Source of the DNA: Candidatus Hydrogenedentota bacterium
Lineage (GTDB): Bacteria > Hydrogenedentota > Hydrogenedentia > Hydrogenedentales > SLHB01
DNA: 64,000 nt
Direction of reading: 5' to 3'
Assembly (NCBI GenBank): GCA_045863295.1
Contig: BTWA01000003.1
Location: forward strand, 225,888 to 289,887
A program made the translations under genes and the position numbers. Below are positions 1 through 9,059 of the stretch, in pieces (position 1 is the first letter of the stretch; the number at the start of each line of letters is the position of its first letter). The notes under the pieces are model-generated. The model was given only the letters and a program-made list of their open reading frames with translations, was not told the DNA's origin and ran no database searches.

Positions 1-956
1 TTCGCACTGAAAAGCTGATCGCCTTTCACTGTGCCATAGACCACCCAGCGATCGACATAACCTTCGCTTTCGGTGTTGCCATCGGCAATGGGTTCGAGGT
101 AATGCGCGTCTTTGAAGTGATCGTTGACGTTTGCATCCCAGTCCAACTGGTTCACGATGTATTCGAGGTCATCGTGTTTGTCGGCGGGGATGTCCTTCAC
201 CAAGAGGTGACGCCACACTTCGCGGCCTTCCACCAAGGACTGGAACATGGAGAACACATCGCTGCCCCACTGCGGTTCGTAGGTCACGAGCGAACCCGGC
301 GCGTGCAAAATACACGGCGGCACCAGCCAGCCCGTGCCCGGCTTCAAGCGATACGCCTTCGAATAATCGAGGATGCCATTGTCGCCCGCATTCCATTTCG
401 CGAGGCAGTCGATCACATTCTGCTTGGTCGTGCCCGGCTCGAGGCCGAAGAACGTATACGGAAAGTTGTTGCCGATGGCGTTGAGTTGCGGCGGAAAGTA
501 ATAGGATTCCGGTTTGCCTTCGCGTCCGAGCAAAGCGGCCTGTTCGGCGCTTTGGTGATGGTGGTGCGGTATCGGGCCCATGTTGTCGAAGAATTTCGAA
601 TACACCGGCCAGCGTTTGTATTTGTTCCAGATGGCGTCGCCAATGATCTCCGCGCCCAGCGAGGCAACCGCATCGCGCAACGTGAACCGTTTGCCGCCGC
701 TGACCACATAGCTGAGGCCTTCGTCCGGGGCCGCGCCTTCGTTGTCAGCCGCGGTGGTGGACGCAAACCAGCGCTCGTCGATGCCGCCCCGGTGTTTGCC
801 GTAGGCATAGTAATCCTCGGGATGCAGTTTGATGCGTTTGCCCGGCTGCAGGAACGAGCGCGGCACCCACGTGGGCGACAACCGCAGAATCCCCTCCCCC
901 GCCGCCAATGCCTCCTTTGCCGCCTTCAATACCGCGTCGCCCGTCAACGTATCCAT
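1..956 (-). CDS. Cupin/phosphomannose-isomerase-like hypothetical protein, 3' end runs off the window
   Basis: Not in the ORF track. Manual translation from ATG 956 (SD AAGGGGAG upstream): MDTLTGDAVLKAAKEALAAGEGILRLSPTWVPRSF...KFFDNMGPIPHHHHQ...GKPESYYF...ILHAPGSLVTYEPQWGSDV; open to the window edge; H-x-H, KPE, HA and E-x-Q-x-x-SD spacing resembles class I PMI. Confidence 0.75.
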   Translation of the reverse strand, partial: MDTLTGDAVLKAAKEALAAGEGILRLSPTWVPRSFLQPGKRIKLHPEDYYAYGKHRGGIDERWFASTTAADNEGAAPDEGLSYVVSGGKRFTLRDAVASLGAEIIGDAIWNKYKRWPVYSKFFDNMGPIPHHHHQSAEQAALLGREGKPESYYFPPQLNAIGNNFPYTFFGLEPGTTKQNVIDCLAKWNAGDNGILDYSKAYRLKPGTGWLVPPCILHAPGSLVTYEPQWGSDVFSMFQSLVEGREVWRHLLVKDIPADKHDDLEYIVNQLDWDANVNDHFKDAHYLEPIADGNTESEGYVDRWVVYGTVKGDQLFSA

Positions 957-1201
957 GAATGACTCCCCTTGTAATGCGTGTACCGGCCGGGCCGGATGTC
1001 CCTCGGAGTGGGTCCGCCGCCCCCGAAGATGAATCGTGTGGGCGCGAACACCACTTTTATAACACGACGGAACCAGCGAGACAATCGGGCGAGGGAATTG
1101 CGATTCGTTGCTTCTCGCGCACCCTAAACCCGGATTTGCCTTTCCGTCCATCCCACGGCGATAATCCCGCCCTCCAACGGGAGCCAAAGGGGGAACCCAT
1201 C

Positions 1202-2350
1202 ATGCACAGGCTGGCCTGTCTGTTTGCTGTTTGTCTGGGAGCGTGTTTCGCCGTCGCACAAGACGCGCAGCCGCCCATCGCCAAACTCGATCCCAATATG
1301 GCGATCAAAGACGCCGAAGAGGGCGTCCTCTGGTACGATATTCTCCGTCTGGACCTCGAAGGCCGCGCGTGGAGCGACGTGGAAACTCCGTATGATCGGC
1401 TACCGGCGCGCGTAAAGGATACGGTGCGAAAATCCGTCTGGCGTTTATCGACGCATAGCGCGGGGATGTACGTCCGGTTCGTGACCGACGCCACGCAGAT
1501 CTCCGCCCGTTGGACGTTGCGCCACGAAGAACTGGCCATGGATCATATGCCGGCCACCGGTGTGAGCGGCCTTGATTTATACATGCGAGACGGCGACACG
1601 TGGCGATGGATCGCCGTCGGCCGCCCGAAGGAAACTCCTGCGAACAAAGTAAAGCTGTTGGAAGGGCTTCCCGCGGGCACGCGCGAATTTATGTTGTATC
1701 TCCCGTTGTACAACGGCGTCGCGTCCGTGGAACTGGGCATCGCGGAAGGCACGTTTATTGCCAAGGCGCCTTCCTGGCCAACCGCCAACGTCCGACCCAT
1801 CGTCTTTTACGGCACGTCCATCACTCAAGGCGGCTGCGCATCGCGACCCGGCATGGCCTATCCCGCTATTCTCAGCCGGACCTTGCAGCGGCCCGCCATC
1901 AATCTTGGATTTTCCGGCAACGGAAAGATGGATCCGGAGATCGCCGACATCCTCTGCGAACTGGATCCTGCTGTCTACGTCATCGACTGCACCCCGAACA
2001 TGGATCCCGAGGAAATTACCGAGCGCACCGTGCCGCTGGTGAAGAAACTGCGCGCCGCGAGGCCGGATACCCCCATCGTGCTGGTGGAATGCATCACGCC
2101 GCAAAACGCCTGGGCCCTGCGCCCTCGCGCCGAATTCGTCAATCCAAAAAACGACGCACTCAAAGCGGAATACGAAAAACTGATGGCGGAACAGACCCCG
2201 GGGCTGCATTACGTGCCCGGCAATACACTTCTGGGACCCGAGGGGGAGACGGAATCAACGGTGGACGGGGTCCATCCGACCGATGTGGGATTCCGGTATT
2301 ACGCGTTGGCCTTGGAACCGTTGCTCAGGTCTTTGACGGCTACGCCTTAA
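1202..2350 (+). CDS. Secreted SGNH/GDSL hydrolase with N-terminal GxDLY domain
   Basis: Signal peptide MHRLACLFAVCLGACFAVA; SGLDLY; FYGTSITQG; NLGFSGNG; DGVHP. Confidence 0.9.
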   Translation: MHRLACLFAVCLGACFAVAQDAQPPIAKLDPNMAIKDAEEGVLWYDILRLDLEGRAWSDVETPYDRLPARVKDTVRKSVWRLSTHSAGMYVRFVTDATQISARWTLRHEELAMDHMPATGVSGLDLYMRDGDTWRWIAVGRPKETPANKVKLLEGLPAGTREFMLYLPLYNGVASVELGIAEGTFIAKAPSWPTANVRPIVFYGTSITQGGCASRPGMAYPAILSRTLQRPAINLGFSGNGKMDPEIADILCELDPAVYVIDCTPNMDPEEITERTVPLVKKLRAARPDTPIVLVECITPQNAWALRPRAEFVNPKNDALKAEYEKLMAEQTPGLHYVPGNTLLGPEGETESTVDGVHPTDVGFRYYALALEPLLRSLTATP

Positions 2351-2633
2351 TCGATGACCGGCCGGCGAAACCCTGACACTTCCCGTTTTTAAGCGCGGAG
2401 TATGCGGTTTTCGGCTTACATGTGCCTCTTTGGAACTTTTTCTTGCCACAAAACACCCTTTTCATGGTATTATTTCTTCAGGTGCAAATAGAGGGTGATG
2501 GGCGTTGGGGTTGCATCGTTCGTAATTTGGTTTCTGTACTGCTTCACCATCCTCGTCAATGAAATCTCTGTGTCTCAAGCAAAATGGGCGCGGCTCATGA
2601 GTCGAATTCGCGTCAAGGGAAGGAGCTATCGAC

Positions 2634-3722
2634 ATGTCGAGTAAATGGTTGCCTTTGGCATCCGCGGCGCTGTTATTGACAGCGGCCGGCTGCCAGACGG
2701 TAGGCCGGGGTTTGCACACCGTGCCGACCGCGCGTGATTACAGTCAATTGGAAAAAGTGGACTCGAAAGACGTCGAGGGCATTGTTTCCAAGGCCCACCA
2801 GACCGGGGCGCAACACTACAGCCCCTACGAGTATTTTTCGGCGGCCGCATATCTGAACGAAGCGATCGAATCGCGGCATGAAGGCGATCAGCGCGGCATG
2901 TGGGATTACAGCGCGCTGGCCCGCGACATGGGCGAAGCCTCCATGCAAAAGGGCGGCATTCCGGAAAAGCCCTTCATCGTCATGCCGAAGAACGTCGACG
3001 GCGCAAAGGCCGAATTCGAACGCGTGAAGGCCCTGTGGGCCGGGTTGGACAAAGAGAAGGCGATTCAAGTGTCGCCCGTGCTCTATGCCCATGCCACCAC
3101 GGCGCTGAGCTTTGCCGAACACGAAATTACGGAACGGTTCGACTATCCCGAGGGCATTCGCGATCTGCGTACGGTGGAAGCCGACGTGGACACCATCTGG
3201 GCGCAAGACGTGGACGGTGACGGCATCGTCGACATGAAAGACGGCGCTCCATGGGCGCCCGAAGACAAAGACGGCTTTGAAGACGAGGACGGCGTGCCGG
3301 ATCCGGACAACGATCAAGACGGCATCCTGGATCCCAACGACCTCGCGCCGAACGATCCGGAAACCAAGAACCGGTGGCATGATTACGACGGCGTGCCGGA
3401 CAGCTACCCCGCGTTGGAGTCCATCTTTTTCTCGTCGGGCAGCTCGGCCATCACGGCGGACGCACGCGGTTACCTGCGCGCGCTCATCATCATCCTGAAC
3501 GAATGGCCGGAGTTGAAGCTCGGCGTGCACGGCCACACCGACGAAGTGGCCTCGAACGAGTTCAACTTGAAGCTCTCGCAGCGCCGCGCGGAAGCCGTGC
3601 AGAAGTACTTGCTTGAGCATGGCGCGCCCGGCGACCGCCTGGTGTTGCGCTTCCACGGCGAAGAGCAGCCCGCGGGCCAAAGCCTGGCCAAGAACCGCCG
3701 CGTGGATCTCGCATTCGAGTAA
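2634..3722 (+). CDS. OmpA-family lipoprotein with thrombospondin type-3-like Asp-rich Ca-binding repeats
   Basis: Lipobox LTAAGC; DVDGDG, DKDGFEDEDG, DNDQDG repeats; OmpA C-terminal motifs GHTD, NLKLSQRRAEAV, NRRV; SD GGAAGGAG. Confidence 0.9.
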   Translation: MSSKWLPLASAALLLTAAGCQTVGRGLHTVPTARDYSQLEKVDSKDVEGIVSKAHQTGAQHYSPYEYFSAAAYLNEAIESRHEGDQRGMWDYSALARDMGEASMQKGGIPEKPFIVMPKNVDGAKAEFERVKALWAGLDKEKAIQVSPVLYAHATTALSFAEHEITERFDYPEGIRDLRTVEADVDTIWAQDVDGDGIVDMKDGAPWAPEDKDGFEDEDGVPDPDNDQDGILDPNDLAPNDPETKNRWHDYDGVPDSYPALESIFFSSGSSAITADARGYLRALIIILNEWPELKLGVHGHTDEVASNEFNLKLSQRRAEAVQKYLLEHGAPGDRLVLRFHGEEQPAGQSLAKNRRVDLAFE

Positions 3723-3749
3723 CCGCGGTCATTCCGTAAACACACGGTG

Positions 3750-3786
3750 CGGGGCGGCTCCTGTTGGAGCCGCCCCGTTTTTTTTG
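3750..3786 (+). terminator. Intrinsic terminator of the OmpA gene
   Basis: CGGGGCGGCTCC-tgtt-GGAGCCGCCCCG followed by T8. Confidence 0.9.
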
Positions 3787-3831
3787 TGATCGCGATGCGC
3801 GCGCTAATCCGGCAGCGGTCTCCGCGGGCAC

Positions 3832-3870
3832 AAAAAAGCGTGCGCACCGCCGCATGGCCGGTGCGCACGC
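3832..3870 (-). terminator. Intrinsic terminator on the minus strand, after the small peptide ORF
   Basis: Minus strand GCGTGCGCACCG-9 nt-CGGTGCGCACGC then T6. Confidence 0.85.
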
Positions 3871-3892
3871 AATGTCGCGTCAGCGATTTGCC

Positions 3893-3994
3893 TCAGACCG
3901 GAATAAACGATCCAAGCAAACCGGTGAAAAGACCGAGTACCAAGTTGATGATGAAGCTAAACAGACCCTGTAACAACGAAAGCAGGCTGGGCAT
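3893..3994 (-). CDS. 33-aa hydrophobic small protein MPSLLSLLQGLFSFIINLVLGLFTGLLGSFIPV
   Basis: Manual translation (below ORF-track cutoff); GGGAGG SD 8 nt before ATG; terminator 22 nt after the stop; upstream sigma70-like promoter. Confidence 0.75.
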   Translation of the reverse strand: MPSLLSLLQGLFSFIINLVLGLFTGLLGSFIPV

Positions 3995-4131
3995 GTCTTG
4001 ATCCTCCCGAATGTCCCTAAGCGCGTTAGGGATGGCCTAGTGCGCACCACGATGGCCGGCACACCCCGTGTGAACCGGCACTTGCAATACCCATGGTTCC
4101 GGTAACCGTTACCGCAGGGCAACCACGGTCC

Positions 4132-4160
4132 ATTGTGACACAGGTTTCCTCATCGCGCAA
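4132..4160 (-). promoter_or_regulatory. Candidate sigma70 promoter for the small peptide gene
   Basis: TTGCGC-17 nt-CACAAT with TGn extended -10 on the minus strand. Confidence 0.4.
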
Positions 4161-4243
4161 TGCAAACCGGGCCGCACGAAACGGTAACAGAGTTCTAACA
4201 ACAAGAATTGTGATGTAGACAGGGCAAAAAGACGGGAAAAAGA

Positions 4244-4330
4244 TGGTGCGCGGAGGGAGACTCGAACTCCCATCCCCTTTCGAGGACCAGATCCTTAGTC
4301 TGGCGCGTCTGCCAGTTCCGCCATCCGCGC
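4244..4330 (-). tRNA. tRNA-Leu, anticodon AAG
   Basis: GCGCGGATGGCGGAACTGGCAGACGCGCCAGACTAAGGATCTGGTCCTCGAAAGGGGATGGGAGTTCGAGTCTCCCTCCGCGCACCA: 87 nt, long variable arm, A73, encoded CCA, anticodon stem CCAGA/TCTGG with loop CT-AAG-GA. Confidence 0.95.
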
Positions 4331-4340
4331 ACACCCGCAT

Positions 4341-4370
4341 AGTGTAGCGAATAAACGCGGGATGGTGCAA
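4341..4370 (-). promoter_or_regulatory. Candidate sigma70 promoter of tRNA-Leu
   Basis: TTGCAC-18 nt-TACACT ending 10 nt upstream of the tRNA 5' end. Confidence 0.55.
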
Positions 4371-4441
4371 GAAATTGCGCGATATTGGGCACTCCGCGCC
4401 GATGCGCATGCATCCTGGCTCGTCACACGACCGCACAAAAT

Positions 4442-6271
4442 TCAGCGCGAATCCACACTTTGCCCGGACAACGCCTCAATGCGATCCGCCAGACCCGGGG
4501 CCGCATTCGGATCGAGTTCGGCGGCCTGCTTGTAGAACTCCAGAGCCTTGTGCGAATCTTTGCGCAGTTCGCTCAGGATGCCAAGGTTTACGAGGGCTCG
4601 CGCGTCTCGGGGGTCTTCTTCCAATGCGCGCTCAAAATACTTCTCCGCAAGGCCATACTCCGCCGCATCGCGAAACGCCACCCCCATGAGGTTCCTCATG
4701 TCCGGCCCGGGATCGGTAATTTGATCGAACGCTTCATCCGCACGATCGAATTGGCGCATCGCCACATACGCGCCGCCCAACAGGAACCGCGCATCGGCGT
4801 TCTTGGGATCCAGATCCACGGCCTTTTTTGCCATAGCTGTTGCTTCGTCCATGCGGCCCAGATTTCCCAGACAGGTGGCTGCTTTGATGTAGTACACCGG
4901 CTTGGGATGTATTTCCGACGCGGCCTGCAACGCGTCCACCGCCTCCGCAAAGCGTCCATGTGCGATTAAGTGTTCACCCAAAAAGAAAAGCGCGTGATCG
5001 TTTCCGGGCCGGGACTGGATGGCGCGTTTCCATAGGGTCTCCGCGTTTGTCCAATAGCCGATCTCGATCCACGTCGCTGTAATCATTACGACGGCCAGCA
5101 CCGGCGCGGCCGCCGCGGCCGCAAGCCTGGCCTTCGGAAATGCGCGCACCACATCACGCACGCCCCAGGCGAATACCATGAAAAGGCCTATTGAGGGCAC
5201 GTACATCCATCGATCCGCCATGGCCTGGCCGCCAACCTGACCCAGTATCCCGATCACGGGCAGCAGCGCCACAAGGTACCAACCCCAGCCGTTGGCCACG
5301 TACGGACGGCGGCGAAAAGTCCAGACAGCGGCCGCCGTTACCAACAGGATTAACCCCACGTCGATCACGGTGCGCGTCACGGGAATGCCTAGTGGATAGG
5401 GATAGTGAGCGGCGAGATTACTCGGCCACACAAGGTTCCACACATACATGACATAGGCGTCGGCGGCGGCCTGCAGGCGCTGAAGGGCATTCGTCCGTTC
5501 GCCAAACGTCACGTCGCCCGAATACGCGTGCACGGCGTACGTGATCACGGACCACACCAGACTGACGGCCCATAGCGGTGTCTTTTCCACCACGACGCGT
5601 CGCCATGAACCACGATCCCACACGTTCAAACGGTTCAGCGGCCACACGTCTATAATCACAAGAAGCATGGGCAGCGTCACGACGGTAGGCTTCGCAAGCA
5701 GTCCCATGACAAACCAGACCATTACCCCAATCATGTCGCGCCGGTTGGGACGCGCTGCGTAGCGCGTGTAGAACACGATCGCGATCAAAATGAATAGTGT
5801 GCTGAGCACGTCCTTGCGCGAGGCCACGAACGCGACCGCCTGAACCTGCACCGGATGTATGGCGAAGAGAACGGCCACCGCCGCGCTGCACATGCGCTCC
5901 CCGGTGAGGCGGAACAGAACAAGAAACACAAGCGCGGCGTTCACCGCATGAATCAGGACACTGGTCGCGTGATGACCGATCGGCGCCAATCCAAACAGGG
6001 ACACATCGGCCATATGCGACAGCAACGTCAACGGCTGCCAATTGTGAAAGACGATTTGCGTGAATGCGCCCGCAAACCCCGCCCACGTTAGCCCTCCCTG
6101 CACCAGGGCGTTGCCGGTCACATACTCGGTATCGTCGTAGGGTTCGATGAATCCGTTGAACAGGGCGCGGGAAAAAACGACCGCAACCACGAGCCCTATT
6201 GCGGCGGCAATTGCTGCTGGCTGGGTCAGGGGTGATGCCGGATTGGGTTTTTGATGCTGCTGGGCACACAT
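4442..6271 (-). CDS. TMTC-like GT-C membrane glycosyltransferase with C-terminal TPR repeats
   Basis: YDDTEYV after the first TM helix, WQPLTLLSH, FAIHPVQVQAV, ADRWMYVP, many TM helices, TPR-like C-terminus; start uncertain. Confidence 0.8.
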   Translation of the reverse strand: MCAQQHQKPNPASPLTQPAAIAAAIGLVVAVVFSRALFNGFIEPYDDTEYVTGNALVQGGLTWAGFAGAFTQIVFHNWQPLTLLSHMADVSLFGLAPIGHHATSVLIHAVNAALVFLVLFRLTGERMCSAAVAVLFAIHPVQVQAVAFVASRKDVLSTLFILIAIVFYTRYAARPNRRDMIGVMVWFVMGLLAKPTVVTLPMLLVIIDVWPLNRLNVWDRGSWRRVVVEKTPLWAVSLVWSVITYAVHAYSGDVTFGERTNALQRLQAAADAYVMYVWNLVWPSNLAAHYPYPLGIPVTRTVIDVGLILLVTAAAVWTFRRRPYVANGWGWYLVALLPVIGILGQVGGQAMADRWMYVPSIGLFMVFAWGVRDVVRAFPKARLAAAAAAPVLAVVMITATWIEIGYWTNAETLWKRAIQSRPGNDHALFFLGEHLIAHGRFAEAVDALQAASEIHPKPVYYIKAATCLGNLGRMDEATAMAKKAVDLDPKNADARFLLGGAYVAMRQFDRADEAFDQITDPGPDMRNLMGVAFRDAAEYGLAEKYFERALEEDPRDARALVNLGILSELRKDSHKALEFYKQAAELDPNAAPGLADRIEALSGQSVDSR

Positions 6272-6595
6272 ACAACTCGCCTCTTGGATTCGGGGTTTCC
6301 TGTGCTCGGGCCACAGGTGCCGGAACTGGCGCGAGCCGGTACAGTACCGCACATAGTGCCATAGCCGGGAAATCTGCTGGAAACCAGTCGCCGCTACCGC
6401 CTATTGTCAATAGATTTCCAATCTCAACTGTATACCCTGTATCACTTTTTGACACGAAGTCAACACCCCCGTGTTGCAATGGCAACCAAGGTGACACCCT
6501 TTTGCCGGGCCCCGGAATTGACTGGGTGGAGCATGCGTTTCAGGCCGGCTCAACGTGTGTCGTGGGGTCGCCCGAGGCGGACCTGAAATTCCGTA

Positions 6596-6624
6596 TTGAC
6601 AAGAATTTCAGGCTCGTGTAGAGT
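6596..6624 (+). promoter_or_regulatory. sigma70 promoter upstream of the prepilin-like gene
   Basis: TTGACA-17 nt-TAGAGT. Confidence 0.6.
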
Positions 6625-6926
6625 GGGCTTTACCGTGAGGAGTGGCCTTCCTCGGGTAATGGCTACTGGCGCAAGCTCTCTGGATTCTGTTCGGGCAAAG
6701 GGAGGGTCAAGGGCTTATTCATTCAGCACCGTTTCGAGACCGATGCTATTTCGGTCGAATCCTGTGTTCATTCTCTGGACAGGGAAAGCAAACAGGCTGC
6801 TGCAAGGGCGATGGTGAAGGTGAATGCGTTTTTTTTATAACATACATACACCGTATCGCCTGAGCAAAAGCCTCCTCGATCCCACGGCCATAGTGGCCTT
6901 GGGAATCACCAAGGAGACAGTCTCAC

Positions 6927-7976
6927 ATGAAGCGCAATAAGGGTTTCACCCTCATTGAATTGCTGGTGGTCATCGCGATCATCGGCATCTTGGCGGCGAT
7001 TTTGCTGCCTGCCTTGGCCCGTGCTCGCGAAGCCGCGCGCCGCGCCAGCTGCCAAAACAACCTGAAGCAGACCGGTCTTGCGTTCAAAATGTTTGCCGGC
7101 GAGCACAAGGATCGTTGGGTTGCCCGTTACCTCCAGTACAACAGCGGTTCCGGTACGGACTTCTGGGGCAACTGGGACGGCTTCCAAATGATGCCGGAAT
7201 ACCTGTCTGACCCGTTCGTCACGCTGTGCCCCTCGGACGGTGAAGCCCACGCCGGTAAAAAGACCGCCGCGGACTTCCTGGGCAACGTGAGCCAGAACTG
7301 GGACGGCACGGTCGCTCCCTTCAACGCGTTTATTGACCGCATCCCGGCCGGCATCAAGTCGATTGCCGCGGCCCGTCGTGCGGCTGGTAACCCCAGCGTT
7401 TCCTGCAACAACCCGGCGGCTTCCAACTACCGTCCGGAGTTCTGCTACTACCGCATTCCCGACCTTTCCTATGTGTACTGGGGCTGGGCCATCAAGAAGA
7501 ACTGGCTGAACACGACCCAGGACTTCACGCACATGGGCGCAATTGACAGCGAATGCGCGAACATTTCCTTCTACCGCGCTGACGGTACGCAAGAGAATGT
7601 GGAAGAGTACGTCACGGGTTCGACGGCCGCTGGCATCTCCGGTTCCAGCGTTGGCGATCCTCTTTCGGTTCCGTCCACGGGTGAAGAGTTCGCCCTGTTG
7701 GCGCTGAAGGAAGGCATCGAGCGCTTCTTCATCACCGACATCAACGCTCCGGGCGGCAGCAACGCCGCGCAGTCCGAATTGGTCGTGTACCACGACGCTG
7801 CGCACTCCGAAGCGGCTGAGTTGGATCCGAATGAATTCAACCACGTCCCCGGCGGTTCGAACATCCTGTTCATGGACGGCCACGTTGAATTCGCCCGCTA
7901 CCCGCAGTCGGTTGGCAACAAGTTCTGGCCGCTGTACTCCGAAGGTGCGGTTGACGGCGTGTTCTACTTCCCCTGA
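6927..7976 (+). CDS. Prepilin-type N-terminal cleavage/methylation protein, DUF1559 / H-X9-DG family
   Basis: [45 protein letters not shown]-terminal [24 protein letters not shown]. Confidence 0.93.
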   Translation: MKRNKGFTLIELLVVIAIIGILAAILLPALARAREAARRASCQNNLKQTGLAFKMFAGEHKDRWVARYLQYNSGSGTDFWGNWDGFQMMPEYLSDPFVTLCPSDGEAHAGKKTAADFLGNVSQNWDGTVAPFNAFIDRIPAGIKSIAAARRAAGNPSVSCNNPAASNYRPEFCYYRIPDLSYVYWGWAIKKNWLNTTQDFTHMGAIDSECANISFYRADGTQENVEEYVTGSTAAGISGSSVGDPLSVPSTGEEFALLALKEGIERFFITDINAPGGSNAAQSELVVYHDAAHSEAAELDPNEFNHVPGGSNILFMDGHVEFARYPQSVGNKFWPLYSEGAVDGVFYFP

Positions 7977-8010
7977 TCGCATGATCACGGCTTAGTAGCC
8001 TGACGTTAAC

Positions 8011-8046
8011 ACGGGAGCCTGGGTTCGCCCAGGCTCCCGTTTTTTG
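8011..8046 (+). terminator. Intrinsic terminator
   Basis: ACGGGAGCCTGGG-ttcg-CCCAGGCTCCCGT followed by a T run. Confidence 0.9.
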
Positions 8047-8056
8047 TTTCTTCCTC

Positions 8057-8237
8057 TGGAGTGCGGAAGCTTGCTTCCGCTTTGGATGAGCCAGCTTGCT
8101 GGCGTCGCATTCTGTACACGCCTTGTGCGTTATGTTCCAGCGGTAGTCAGGGCGTTTGCTTGCGAGGGTCCGGCATTGGGGTGGGCACGCGGGAGCAAGC
8201 TCCCTTGGGTAAAGCGGAAGCAAGCTTCCGCACTCCA
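8057..8237. repeat. REP/REPIN-like palindromic element, single 181-bp copy
   Basis: Perfect 27-bp terminal inverted repeats TGGAGTGCGGAAGCTTGCTTCCGCTTT; internal hairpins GCCAGC-TT-GCTGGC and GGGAGC-AA-GCTCCC. Confidence 0.9.
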
Positions 8238-8247
8238 AAGAGCGCAT

Positions 8248-9012
8248 TTACTTCGGCAGAATCCAAATCACACAGCGGTAGGCCGTACCCCACCGCATCG
8301 CGCAGAGGACAGGCGTTATCAGCCGTAGCGCCGCCTGGGCAACGGCATTGCCCCGGCCGGGCCAGTTGCCCATCAGCACAAGCCACATCCACGTCCAAAG
8401 GCGCACGGGGACATTGCTTTCCATCGAGATTCGCCGTGCGTCCCCAGCGGCGCCTTCGAATTGGCGGGCAATAGCTTTGGCATCGGGCAAGCCCATAGTG
8501 CGGTGTTCCTCGAGCCAACGGATGGACCCGCCGGTAAACCGGCGATGCGCTTCCCGAACCGTTTCTTCCGCGCGGCGTGCGTGCTCGCCGGATGGAAATG
8601 CGACGACGGCGGCGCCGTCACCGTGCAAAACGCGCAGGATGGAGACAGTGGCCGCGGCGCGCGCGGTGTCCGGCAGGTGCTCGAACGTGTCCACGCACAC
8701 GCACAGATCGAACGCTCCATCGGCGAACGGCAAGTGCGCGATATCGGCCGCGACCGGCACGACGCGTTGTGCCCCGCGCGCGGCTTTGAGGTGGTCCACG
8801 GCCACGTCCACCGCGATCACGCGACGTCCGCTGAACCGGGAGAGGCCGTTTTCATTCGCGCCGATCTCGAGGATGCGGCCATCCAGGCGATTCATACGGC
8901 GCAGCCGGCGCACGATGGGGACATAACGCATCGCCCAATCGGGATAGCCTCGCCCATCCTTTTCGGCATATGCGCGCAACCACCGCGCGATGGATTCGGT
9001 GAATCGTTTCAT
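8248..9012 (-). CDS. Class I SAM-dependent methyltransferase
   Basis: ILEIGANENG, VIAVDV, ADIAHLPFADGAFDLCVCVDTFEHL; start set at MKRFTES because the longer ORF runs into repeats. Confidence 0.85.
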   Translation of the reverse strand: MKRFTESIARWLRAYAEKDGRGYPDWAMRYVPIVRRLRRMNRLDGRILEIGANENGLSRFSGRRVIAVDVAVDHLKAARGAQRVVPVAADIAHLPFADGAFDLCVCVDTFEHLPDTARAAATVSILRVLHGDGAAVVAFPSGEHARRAEETVREAHRRFTGGSIRWLEEHRTMGLPDAKAIARQFEGAAGDARRISMESNVPVRLWTWMWLVLMGNWPGRGNAVAQAALRLITPVLCAMRWGTAYRCVIWILPK

Positions 9013-9059
9013 GCGGCAAGATATATCACGGATCCATCCGAGGATTACACGGAATACTC

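Noticed and set aside
102..962. 286-aa plus-strand ORF
   Set aside because: Antisense shadow of the minus-strand cupin-like gene, which has an SD and recognisable motifs
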